DNA from: Amphiscolops sp. MND2022
Lineage: Eukaryota
Length of the DNA: 64,000 bases
NCBI GenBank assembly: GCA_964187785.1
Contig: OZ076409.1
Span: 92,692,001-92,756,000 of the forward strand
Direction of reading: 5' to 3'
Positions 51,761 through 64,000 of the stretch are shown one piece after another (position 1 is the first letter of the stretch; each line of letters begins with the position of its first letter). The translations under genes and the position numbers were made by a program. The notes beneath the pieces were generated by a model, which was given only the letters and a program-made list of their open reading frames with translations, did not search any database and had not been told where the DNA came from.

Positions 51761-52858
51761 AAAATAGCAACGCAACTGAAACGAAGCAAGAGTCCTCAAT
51801 GACAAAGATATTGAAGTGTTACTGAGGAGGAACAAATGGTACCAAAGTACCGTATTTTTGACCTGATACAGTCCATGGATTATTACATACACACATACAC
51901 ACTCAAGTTACCATAATTTCAATATATTTGAAACAAACTTCTACGTTTTGAAACCAGCTAAGTGAAACACAACGATAACTTATTGATTGGCATTGTAATG
52001 AACACTTTCTACTAAAACGCATCACCCACAAAAGTACATGAATGTAACTAGCAACAAGTGTTTAACTTTCCATCAAGTATGAGATAACACCAGCACATTC
52101 AATTAAGGAACTTAACCATTCGTGGATTATCATATCAACTCATAAATGGAACTAACGTTGACTTAACGTCACTTATTGAATTATTCATGTAATCAGATTA
52201 AATGGCATGTTGAAACATTCATTTGCAGTTCAAAAGAAAGTGTTTCATGTAACGTATAGTCAGCCTGTTCTCTTGATTAACTTTAACTTAGAAAATAGAA
52301 AAAAGGAAATCAATATTCTAAGTACAAATTTCTAGAAATGGGAAAACAATTTCATGACTTATCTTACAACGCATCTTTTGGTAGATAAAGGTCCTTTTTG
52401 CGAATCGTTTGAACATCAACATTTCTTGTGAAATTTCCTTTCATTTTGCGTCTAAATCTTCATTCTATTAGAGAACTTTCTACAATTGCAACCTCTCTCC
52501 TCCGCGAGTATTAGGATGAGCTCTACCTTACCAACAGTTGACGGAGACATTATGGAGAGCTCATAAATCATACAAGTTCTCTAGCTAGTGACGTCACTAA
52601 ACTCAATATTCTTGGCTTGAGCGCAAATACAGCAACCAGGCGGCAACGCTCTTGGTCCGCTGAGCTACAAATAGAAATATCAGTTTTGATGTTGAACGCG
52701 TCCTTTAGGTTGTTATTATTTGCTTAGATTGCATACGTGTAATCTCAGTAAATGTTGAAAATTACTTCGAACCAAATCTGTTGTGTTGTTTCGAGTACTG
52801 GTTTCACATCAGGTTGTATGTTGTCCGTTGGGATTACGGAATTAAATGTTGTTTTCAG

Positions 52859-53364
52859 TTTTTAGTTGGCAATTTCGAAGAAAATCCCGACTTTTACGTT
52901 AGCTAATTTTTTTTGGTCATTTCAACGCGATCGGTCCACTTTTTGTGCATCTGTGCACGTTTACCATATGTACTTAGTACTTCATTTTCAACGCATCCAA
53001 AGCCTCTAACATGAGATAAAAAGCCATTCCAATAAAGAAAAGCCCCCTTTCCACTTTGTTCGACACTATGAGACTTTCGCCCTTTTTTCGGCACTGTGAG
53101 ACTGTTCAATTTTCTCATTTTCTCCGAAGTTTTTTATTAGTTCCTCCATCAATTTGTGATATTTTGCAACGGAATGGATGTTCAAAGAATCCCAAAGGTT
53201 CTCCCTTTTACATTTTCTGGCACTATGCTTACCGGAAACTTCAGAAAAAGCGGATTTTTTCTCAGTTTTTAGTTTTTCCAGAGCTTTTGTTGTCTCCAAT
53301 TGTAGAAAACGTTGTTTTCGAGTCTTTTTGAACCTTAGATATTGCGGCGACTTGGGCCTTGTTT
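52859..53364 (+). mobile_element. Diverged HINE-like element
   Basis: TTTTTAGTTGGC...CCCGACT start, internal TTTTTTCGGCACTGTG and CCCAAAGG modules, end CCTTAGATATTGCGGCGACTTGGGCCTTGTT. Confidence 0.65.
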
Positions 53365-54298
53365 AGTTTTCCTTTCAGGTTGAAGAAGAATTAATTCCAT
53401 TTTTGGATTTTATGTTCTCGTTTTGATATTTATATTCGTATGAAAACCATCCGAGAAATAAAACCGGAATTGAAAAATAATCAGCGCAAAATGTTAGACT
53501 GGAAGTTTTTGTTGGGTATTGACCTAGTCCAATTTCTACGTTATGTGTACTTTATCTTTTGTATGCTAATTTATTTCAGAAATCATATAGCTGTGCAATG
53601 AGTAAAGTTTATACTAGCTAAAAGTTTTTGATATTTCCGTGTCCTCACGAGTTTCTATGGATGTAATGAAGGCAAAAGTTAAAGTTACACCAGCCGGGAG
53701 GGGGCTGCGACAATGACAACTGAAATGGTGCAAAAATGTTTGTCCGATGCTTTTGAAGCAGACAGTATGCTGAGTGCTTCCAGTATAACTGAAATGCTAA
53801 ACTGTAATCCATCGAAAAATTATCCAAAGAAATTTTCAAAGGTTTTAGAGCAAAGTCACCATGTAACAGTTTTCAAAACAGTCCTCAACGATGGAACGTT
53901 GCATGCCTGTAATTTACCAACGAACAGTAAGAAAGGCGAATTCCGTCAAAAACAAATTAATCTGCGGTTTCTCTGATTGCAAAAGTCCAACTTTGTGAGC
54001 AGGAATATCCGAAAAATGACAAATAAGAAACACAGATATTCCCAAAACAGTTTTATCGATTATATCACAAAATGTCGGGAACTTTTTACATTTTTAAGCA
54101 CCACTTCTGCAGTACCGGACAAAGGCGTTTTGAGTCAGAAAAAGAACGTACAGCTAATGATTGTCAAAAATTTGACAGCTAAAATTTTTTTCCTGTTCTT
54201 TTCTGGTAATTGGTTCGTTTCGAGCTGGCAGATTCTTTTTTATTTGAGCTTGGAGAATATATTACTTACACGTTTTGCAAAAGAGCATTTTGAAACTA

Positions 54299-54464
54299 CA
54301 GTGAATCCCAGTTATAAAAAAACCCGCTTAAAGTCAATGCGAATCTTGGCCCTGACTGCCAATTTAGTTATTTAATTCCTCTATAAACCCGCATACAAGA
54401 AAGTTCGATTTCAAGAAAGACCATTAGTCGTTCCGCTGACTTTGATTATATCCGGCATCCTCTG
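54299..54464. mobile_element. Tc1/mariner (pogo/Tigger-like) MITE
   Basis: TA flanks; imperfect TIR CAGTGAATCCCAGTTATAA / revcomp CAGAGGATGCCGGATATAA. Confidence 0.55.
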
Positions 54465-55394
54465 TATTAGTTCAAATAAATCAACTTCACTTTACATCCA
54501 ATGCATCAACGTCCAATGCACCAATGCATCATACCTAAGTCTCTATTTGAAATGCGTGTATACTCAGAAAATGTATTGACACTGCATTCAAATGTGCATT
54601 CAAAGTGACATAAAACTTTGATGTTTTTCACCCAATAATGCCATAAAAGTTGAAAACCCATCTTTGGAGAGCCTCAAGCCTCAAATTTATAAATTTCACG
54701 TTGACACAGAGTAACTAAGACGTTGTAAACATCACATTTTCCATTCGTTTTTTTTTAAGAACCTAAATGATAAACCTCGGGATTTCATTTTTTCTCATTT
54801 TCAAGGAAATTGAAAAACGCATTTATAAAATTCAAAAACATTCTTCCAATCGATAGATTCGAAAATTAAGCGAACTTCCACATAATTCTCGCTATTTCAC
54901 TTGCACTTTTGTGCCTGCCGAATTCTCTCAATTTTAATTATTGAACTGGGTCAAATCAATCAATTTGTATTTTACAGCAGGGAATAAATCCATATGGTAT
55001 AGCTAGTCAATGTATTTCAATTCTTTACATAATGCCACCGATATCCCAACAATATCTCCAATTTTCCTTTCCCCAGTCAGCTCAAGATGATCTGCGGAAT
55101 TTTGTACATTTTTTGCCATTCCTGATTGGGGTTCTACTTGTTTAGTAAGACAGATGAGTTTTTGCTGCAGACTCTTTTTATTTCAAAGGCATCACTTCTC
55201 CAGGTTCGGTCAATAACCTCCAATCGAACAATGTGAAGAGATCTACTGTCATAAACTTTTCTTTCCCTATAAATGAGGATTTATCGACTAATCACTCTGG
55301 TTTCGATTTGTCTGATATAATTTTTAAATACAACAGCTGCTTAACTTTCCGAAATCCAGCTCCAAATTTTTTCAAACCTGTGGTTTTAGAGTCG

Positions 55395-55812
55395 TTTTTA
55401 GTCGGCGCTTTTCTAGTGAAAAGTGCCCGACTCTTACAGTTGCTAGTTTTTTTTCGTCAGACTACAATCTCACTCTGATTGGGCCACTTTTCTTACAATC
55501 GAAACTACTAGAACTACTACCATAAGGCCAAGTCCGGTCAGCGGAAATTAGTGCAAAAGTGTCCCCCCTTTCGATTTTTTTTCGGCATTGCGCGACTTTC
55601 TTTGAAAAAGATTCCCCTTTTCGAGTTTTTTGATATTTTGCAACAGAATATATGTTAATAAAGCCCAAAGGGTCCCCCTTTTACATTTTTCGGCACTTTG
55701 TGACATTTTCTGAAAGAAAAAAATTCAAAAATTTCAAGTTTTTTTCAAAAAAAGTCTTTTGCGCTTTTTGAGCCTTAGATATAGCGCCGACTTTAGACGT
55801 TCCCGTCTTGTT
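55395..55812 (+). mobile_element. HINE/DINE-1-like element
   Basis: Same ends as 8651-9082; terminal TTGAGCCTTAGATATAGCGCCGACTTTAGACGTTCCCGTCTTGTT is identical. Confidence 0.8.
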
Positions 55813-56996
55813 TTCACAAGAACAGCTTCATTCATATTTTCATTGGTCTCACTGTTTTCCACTTTTCTCTACTATACGCTTTCGAGTTGATTCCCATTTG
55901 CGGAAACGTCGTATGCTCGTGATTTTTTGAATGTGGACAGTTTTTGAATACATGAATTATAAACTTATTATTTTCAGAACTTTAGATGGAAAGATACAGA
56001 AAACTAATAACGAAAGAACGTTCACGGAAAGTGCTATATCTCCAACTGGTCCCATTGTCGAATGTTCACAAAAATTTGTGAAAGGCGCACGTGATATATT
56101 CCAAGACTGAGGTTTAGAAAAAAAACAAGGGTTTTGAAAAATAGGTTTATCTTCAAAAACTGGACTAGCGGTAGAGGTCAGGACTGATGAACCGTGTCGT
56201 GTGACAATAGTTTTCTTCTTTTCAAATAATTTTGAGTCAGTTTCATCTAATGTTTCAGATGACTCTAAATGGTTTATTCGAAGAAAATGAAATCACAATG
56301 TTTCAGACATCACCGGTCATGACGTCAGAGACGGGTTCATTCCTAGAAGTTGGGAACTGGCGGACAAGATTATGAAGATCGGCTTTTTCGTCCAAACTCC
56401 AATAGGCAGGAATTATCAAACAATCTTTGATCAGAAAAAAGTCTGTCTCTCATGTAAAAATATCAGCATAGATTCACTTTGAGAAGTGGAAGTGATCTTC
56501 AAAACTGGTATCAGGTTTCTGTTTTTTGTTAACATTCCATTTTGTTACCAAATAGAAAAAAAGGTTTTTAATTGTGAAATTTTGGCTTGCAATCATCTTA
56601 AGTCAGATTGAAAAGCATACTTTACAACAAAATGCCAGGTAATTTGAGCTTCAAACAAAACAAAAACACAAAGCACTCTATTATGGATAGCCTACAAAGA
56701 AAAAAACAGTCGAGCCTTGAAATAAATGCCGGGAACACGAATCAAACTATCCGTTCGGTTGCTTCAGCGATCAGAGTACTGCTTTCTAATTGTAAGTTCA
56801 CAATTCTGAATTCTTTTTTTTTCCAGTCTTTACCAATGGGAGAAAGACAAGCAACTGAGTTTCATCCACCCTTACTAGATGTTCCGACAATTCAGGAGTG
56901 CGAGACTGGACACTAACGACGCGCTCTTGCAGAAAATCATTCACGCCGCAGCGCGATAAAAACACGTGTCACAAAACCTGAATGGGTCCAGAAAAA

Positions 56997-58101
56997 GATT
57001 ACCAGAAATTTCGTCGTGGGAAATTTCGTCGTCAGAAATTTCGTCGCCAGAAATTTCGTCGCCAGAAATTTCGTCGTCGGAAATTTCGTCGTCGGAAATT
57101 TCGTCGTCAGAAATTTCGTCGTCGGAAATTTCGTCGTCGGTAATTACGTTCTGTAAAACTTCGCATTTTATCTAATCTGTTAGGAATCGTCTATTATTAT
57201 TGAGTCTTAATAATTATCGAGTCTTTATAATTATCTTCATAATTATCGTTAATTGTGCAATTATTGTTATCATTGACTACTTTTAATTATGGTTTTGAGA
57301 GAAAAAGTTCGGACCATGTTTCTTATCCCCCCACCACAGAGACACCAGACACTTGAAGCAAAGTTTAGCCTGCTTTTTTGAATTTTTTTTAAAAAGCTCC
57401 ATTTTGAATGATTGACAAAAAAATGAAACGATATCAGCGCCTTGTTCGCAAATACTGCGATTCTGAAAAGAAAATTTTTATGCATTCCGTTTTTCATAGT
57501 TGATCTAATTTTACGGTAAGATACTAGGTGAACCAAAAAAACGGAACGCACAAAAATAATTAACTCTTCAAAAACGTAATAATTGTAAACAAGACACTGA
57601 AAAACTTTCACTTTCTCTGTCAATCATCCTTTCATTATTTTGATGTGTGAAAGTTCATTTTCTCCGAAGAAAAGACGTCAAATTGAATGACTGACAAGCT
57701 GAATTGCAATGTTCAGAGTTGTTTTGAAACATTTGTTGACAAATTTTTGGAACTTTGAGAGCTCAAAAAATTTTATGCGTTCCGTTTTTTTGGTTCACCT
57801 AGTAGTCCAGGACAGAAAATATACTATTGCTCAATAAGTTGAGTTGATTGGATGCAATTAACTTTTTGACTCAATTTTGGTGTCAAAATGAAACTTGTTT
57901 TCAAGATTTCATTTTAATAATTAAATAATTGAATAATTCAAATGATATCTTTTCGTAGACGCTGTTAATTTTAATCAATACGACGAAATTTCTGACGACG
58001 AAATTTCTGACGACGAAATTTCTGACGACGAAATTTCTGGATTTGCTAATACGACAAAATTTCTGACGACGAAATTTCTAGCGACGAAATTTCCGCCTCC
58101 C
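56997..58101. mobile_element. Mutator-like foldback element with 15-bp tandem-repeat arms
   Basis: Perfect 9-bp TSD CCAGAAAAA (56988-56996, 58102-58110); about 9 copies of GAAATTTCGTCGTC(A/G) on the left and about 6 inverted copies on the right; G termini. Confidence 0.9.
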
Positions 58102-59949
58102 CCAGAAAAATCATTCATCTGTTTTTGTTCTTGTTCGTTCCCTGTTTCGTCTTGTTCGTAAGTTTGTTGCAGTTGAAGAGCGCAAGCAAGTGAATCAGAC
58201 AGAGGAGCGCCACGAATCTCCAAAAAGATAGACAGGCGCAACTACAGTGATGCGTTACCACGGAAGCTCCTTCCGCCCAGTTCATTACGGTAGGGATAGT
58301 TGGTCCCAGAGATGAGTCACTAAAGCCGAAACGTCGCAAAATTACAGTCAAATTAAGGTGTTCTTGCCAACAAACCCGTTTATCTCCCTTTGTTGACGCA
58401 AAAGTCGGACACAAAGTTGTGGTCTCAAACTTTTCTGTAATTTACCAAATTGCTAATGTGGCTTGGAGGACAAGGCTTGCCACTACTTTGTTTGCCGCAA
58501 AAATTCTGCTTTTCACTCAGATAGAATTCGTCTTTTGGACATCTTCGACCATGCCGACAGCAATACACTGACAGATTCCGTCATCTCTGTCAATGAGCTA
58601 GTTGAAACATAATTTGTGCCTCCTCATTCGATTAGAAACTACTCACTCAATTAGTTATATACTTCCACAAAAAGGCCTTTGATAGATGTGTAGGATTTGT
58701 AATCAAGTTTGGTTAAACATTCAGACAACCTGTGAAGTGTTTCGTTGTGAATCGAGACTACCAACATTGGCAATTAGGCATAGGCCAGAGATCCGATCAA
58801 AAACCTATACCGGCATTTTTCAGTAAGGGTGAAAGATCAGTGATTAAGGTGGAAACTTACTGACAGTTCGGGACGGATTAGCAGAAGTTCTCTGAACCAA
58901 TAACTCCCATGTATTGTAACGGCAAGCTGTTGTCGGTCGCTTAACACGCTAACAGAGGTGGAGGAACCTGCAGGAATGGGTAAATCGCTCGGGACGGGCG
59001 CCCATCGCCACAGATCCATTTTGCCTCCAGGGGTGAAAAACGTCCCGAGGCCGTGGGTGCTTCGACGAATACTGTCCAACCGGTCCTAGTCTTTAATTGC
59101 CAATAGTAACGGGCATCTTCCTGACTCTCTGAAGACCACCGCTTAACTAGCTTGTAAAAACATTGCCAAGAATAAGGTGAATTTTCAATTTCAGGGTGAC
59201 ATGGGTACTAAGTTCTAAAATGGGGAATAACGTCTAAAATGCCAAAACTAGCGCTTGAGCTAGCCCAAACCAGTGAAAATACATCAGAATAGGCACGAAT
59301 ATGGCAAACCACACAGCTACAAGTTGGGGCGCATGGGCTCCAAGCACCAAACAAGGATAATTAAGCCAAAAGACTCATTTTGCTGGTTTCCGCTACCTAA
59401 GGTAGCATAATGCTGAAATTAAAGAAAACCAGGGGTACCACCTGAAAAAGAGTCTATTTTTAGAGTTGTTTAAGCGCAAGGGCTTCTCCGTACTTGGTCC
59501 TCTCACTCGGTCTTGCTCGGTCCTCAATTTGCATGGAAAATGGCGAAAACAGCGAAAAGAGCAATCACATGCCCAGTGCCACGTCACACAGCGGATTAGA
59601 ATTTTTGACAGAATTTCTGAACATGTCCAAGTCGCAAAATCGCTGTACCAGAGGTTCCCGTTACATATAGGGTTAAATGCTGTAGGTTGAATTAAAGTTA
59701 ATCATGTGCCATCATTGGTGATTGATCGAATGTTCTCATTCGGATCAGTTTTGCAACTGTATTACCACTCTCATGAAAAGAAAACTCTGGAAAGACTGTA
59801 GTTCACTCATGATTTTTTTGGCTTTTCGGTTATTCGGATCCCAATGAGATACGAACTAAGATCCAAGTGCAAACATTTTATGCATAATCATTTTTTCATG
59901 TCCGTAATATCTCCACTAAACTAAGGAAATATTCCTCTTTTGGAATAAT

Positions 59950-62900
59950 TTGAAACAAACATCAATAGGCGAGATTACTTATTCTTTATTTTTAGGATTG
60001 CGAACCGCAATCAACATGTTTTTTCAATGGAAACTCTCTTTGAGCGGCGCCATTGAAATGAATCCAGGGCCACTAATAAACTTCAAGTTTTTAACAACCT
60101 GGTTCAGGAAGAACAATAGGAGTTTGAAGTTTTTCCACCTAAATGCACAAAGTTTACTTAAAAAAGATCGACACTCGAAAATCTCATCAACGATCTTGGT
60201 GCAAACACCATTTATGGTTTTCCAGAATCATGGCTAAAAACCAGCGAAGACAAGAAATTATGGCAAATAAGCCCAATTTATTACAAAACATTTCAAACTG
60301 ATAGAGAAGCACCATATAGAGAAAATGGTGGAGGTGTAACGCTAATAATTCCTGCTTGCCCTAATTCCAAAACGCGCAACGATTTAAACTATCTGAATAA
60401 AGAACTTTTTGAAAGCCTCTGGATCGAATGCAGCTTGAATAATAGTACTTCTAATAAGCAGAAGCAGTTGATAAATATTAGCTACAATCTGAAAAAAAGC
60501 ATATTACCATCAATTTCTTGAAGAGTTATCCATAAGTATTGATCAAGCAATTGTCGAAAATAAACCACTGACAATGATGGGCGATTACAACCTAAATTAT
60601 CTGAGCCAAAGAGTCAAAGAAGATCTTGAGACTGTTATATTGCCCTGCGGGTTAACAACAATCAATACTGATCAGCCAACAGGAATAAGCAATATATCGG
60701 GGTAATTGATAGAATATATTATCACGGATCACTATTATGCTCATTCCTTTTCTTCATTTTTATCTGCACCCCGTTCCATACATCAGCTATTAAATCAATC
60801 GATCATTTTGCGACTTCTGTAATTAGTTATATTAAATTGCAACCCTCGCCAAAATATTTCATGAAAGAAATCTACGATAAAAAGTCGTATAAAAAAGAAT
60901 TTTTCAAAACTTACTGGGTAATTGTAATTGAAGATACTTTCATGGAGAAATGTGTCCTGAGGGAATGTTCTCAATGTTATCAAGTTTTATGGAAAATTCC
61001 TTGCTTAAATCGATATCCAAAAAGTTTTTATCCGCAACGATAAGAGTAATCTAACCATTCATCGGAAGTGGGTTTCTACTGAGACCAAACGTCTTTATAA
61101 CAAAATTAGGCAAGATATGAGTCCAAATGACGTAAAATACGAAATCATACAACAGCAATTTATTCGTTATCTTAATTTAGATCGCGATGAAAAATAAATT
61201 TAAATATTTCCGCAAATTAAATAATGAACGAGAAAAATGGAACTTCATAAATGAGGCACAAAACTCACTGAGAACCAAAACTGTCATCTCATCTCAAAAA
61301 AAAGTTTTCGGAGATTATTCTACAGATCAAAAGAAAGTAGCAAACCTCCTCAATTATAGATTTTCAAAACTGGGCGATTTTATTGGGCAATGGAATTTTT
61401 TCAAAGAAGAAACGTTTAATATTTCTTCGATCCCAAATTTAGCAAAATTTGGTTTTCATCTGATAACTCTGTATGAATGCAAAAAAATAGTGAGGAGCTT
61501 GAAAACGAAGAAACCACTTGGACCATCTAATATACCTGCATGGGCGCTTAAAGACTCTCTAAACGTCATTGCTGAACCACTCACATTGCTAATAAATGCG
61601 TTTCTTGAACAGAGAAATTTCCAAATCATCTTAAAAGAGCTCATGTAGTACCAATATTCAAAAATGGTGACGCGAAAGAACCAAACAATTATAGACCCAT
61701 ATCAATAACTTCAGGCTTATCGAAAATTTTTGGAAAAGTAATTTGCAATCAAATTCTAGAACATCTCGAAAGAAATAATTTACTAGGCCAAATTCAATTT
61801 GGTTTCAGAGCAAAGTATTCGACAACTGATGCTCTCTTGTATGCAACGGAAAAAATAAGATCTGATAGTGATAATAACAAAATGGTAGCTGCGGCCTTTC
61901 TCGCCTTATACAAAGCTTTCGATTCAATCTCCCATGAAATTCTATTGGAAAAGCTCGAAAGTTTAGGATTTCATCAGATAGCTATTTCTTTAATTGAAAG
62001 CTATCTAAGTAACAGAACGCAAATATTAACTGTATGCAGAGTGCAATCCAAGAACCATGTGAACTGGTCCAATAAGCAGATGACATTTTTCTGTTTGTCT
62101 CCAATGAATGTCTCAATACTGCCATAAGTCAACTTGAAACTAATGCTGCCAAGTATTTGACTATTTTGAAAGGCATCAATTAAACCTCAATGAGAGTAAA
62201 ACTGAATTGATTGTTTTCTGTAAAAGATCTAAAAACAATTCTACAAAAAACCAAAGATTTCGTGTTAGAAATCATGTGACAAAACATTCTTCGTTTGTGA
62301 AATATCTTGGAATATACTTAGATCAATATTTGACATATGAGTATGAAGTGAAAAAATTTTTGAAGAAAATGGCATGTGGTATCAAAACTTTATACTCAGT
62401 GAAATCGTTTGTACCAGATAAAACATGTCTAATGCTACTCAACTCTCTTGTTCTTAGCCATATACATTATCCAGCAATAAGTATGATTCCTCTAGTGATT
62501 TAAAAATAAAGTACAATAGTTTTCCGATCAGATTTCTTCTAGATCTAAAAGCAGTCACCTGCTTTCACTTCTGGAAATATCAGAATAACCTACTACCTGC
62601 TTTTAAGAGCTCAAATAAAATAACAACTGCTCTTATAAAAACGCAGTCACGGACAAAGGATATTAGTTGCGGTTGTCAAGCAAAGAGTGCTTTCATGAAA
62701 AATAGTTTCTTCATGAGAATTATACTTTTGTGGAACAGCCGACCACTAATGTTATTCAAGAAAAAATACTCTATCGAAACTATGAAAATTAAACTGAAAC
62801 AATACTTTATTGGTAAAATAGCCCATGAAATAGAGCATCCAGAATATAGGAAGAAGTGTTGGAGAGATTACCGGTTTTAATGTTACATAAACTTATTAAT

Positions 62901-63200
62901 ATTTACTTTCAATTTAACATTAACTTGTTTTTAGTCTTGTACACTGCCTTGAATAATTCAACGATTGCGTTTCATTTGAAACGGAAATTCAGTGTTTTTT
63001 GAAGCAACAATACTATATATATTTAGATCCAACAAGAATATTTTGAGTTGAAGCAGTGGATTCGAGTTTTGGAGAACTCTTACCACCATGTCATATGGTC
63101 GGCTCAAGTGGTCAAGAGTTGACGTTTTCTAATTTTTCTGTTTTGTTATCATGTTTGCAGCATGAACTTAAAGCTTGTCAATAAAATAGCGACTTGACTG
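59950..63200 (+). mobile_element. Decayed CR1/L2-group LINE ORF2 with 3' UTR
   Basis: IEMNPGP, FFHLNAQSL, ESWL, GGGV, MGDYN (APE); GPSNIPAWALK, NYRPISIT, QFGFR, KAFDSISH, ADD, KYLGIYLD (RT, central part deleted); AATAAA and short GACTT tail near 63180-63200. Confidence 0.9.
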
Positions 63201-64000
63201 TTTGCAAAATTTTCGAAATATCATGATTTCAAGCCATGGTACAAAAATTTTAAAGTTCGAAAGTTAACTGAATCAACATTCCATTTGAAAAAGGAGAACA
63301 TAATGGTAAGTGCTTTTCACTCGGTGGTTTATAAGCATCCTGAGAAGTTTTAAAACCTAGGAAAATTTCGTGAAAAGACGTTTTTTGCTAATTGTCAGAA
63401 ATTGCAATTTGACAATGGAAAAAGATTTTCAGTTAGTTTGAAGCAGTAGTTTTGCATTATTTTCATCGAAAATTAGCCACTATATCCATAGAGACTGAAT
63501 TAATAGGTGGCCCATCTCTGTTAGAACAATGCAAGTTTCATTAAAAAGAATTGGTTTTTACGGAAACAAGATTGAGAAACGAAGCCTTAAACTTTCTAAA
63601 ACTTGATTTGGTAGCTTAGGCTTAGGTGGCTACAAAACCCGCCGATACTCTGCCAAAAACCTGCATCTGAGATCCTGAAAATATTGCAAGATGTCAAAAG
63701 CTGGCGTTTCTCTTTTTAAATTTTGATATTTTTTCGAAGTTTTCGATTTTTGTAAAGATCAGCTGGGACGTTTGGAAACAAAAAAAACGGATAATTCCTG
63801 TCTGAAGGATTGGTCGCCAATGTTCTGGCAATTATAATAGCCAGAAACCTATCCAAAACAAACAAGCTTAGTGTTGCGTCTTCAATGCACCTCCAAGCCA
63901 TTTGTTTTTGGAGTTTTTGGTCGATTTTCATGGACGGGTTCCTAGACAACATGTTTGCCGACATGTTCTTCGACTTGGGCGCATACAATGACATGGCGTG

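Noticed and set aside
52600..52670. tRNA-like heads (TAGCTCAGCGG on the minus strand here; similar at ~24813 and ~63095)
   Set aside because: Only A-box-like fragments, with no cloverleaf or properly placed B box
57004..57140. 15-bp repeat array and EISSS-repeat ORFs as a CRISPR array or repeat protein
   Set aside because: No spacers and no cas genes; the array is one arm of an inverted-repeat element with a 9-bp TSD, and the ORFs are by-products of the 15-bp period

Overview
Eukaryotic (invertebrate animal-like), AT-rich genomic window; nothing prokaryotic and no CRISPR array. The first 20 kb hold four compact minus-strand genes (DPY30, HMBS/porphobilinogen deaminase, a two-exon SLC25A10-like dicarboxylate carrier and a two-exon SMSr-like sphingolipid synthase) among many non-autonomous elements (hAT, Mutator-like and Helentron/HINE-like). 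From about 20.7 kb onward the window is almost all decayed transposons. These are a minus-strand LINE with a PHD and zinc-knuckle ORF1; a 16.3 kb BEL/Pao LTR element (24971-41267) with a MITE in its 5' LTR and a nested, partly duplicated Mag-like Gypsy element; a hAT relic; two more LINEs, one with a 2A-like motif; a gag fragment; and a 200-N gap. Three observations stand out. (1) A long, decayed antisense reading frame of unknown identity sits in the BEL 3' region, just behind a strong splice acceptor next to the 3' LTR. (2) Several Mutator-like MITEs have different tandem-repeat arms but share the same oriented GC-rich cores. (3) The two halves of the BEL/Gypsy duplication show different divergence. 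All alignments and counts were made by eye; boundaries of decayed elements are approximate.
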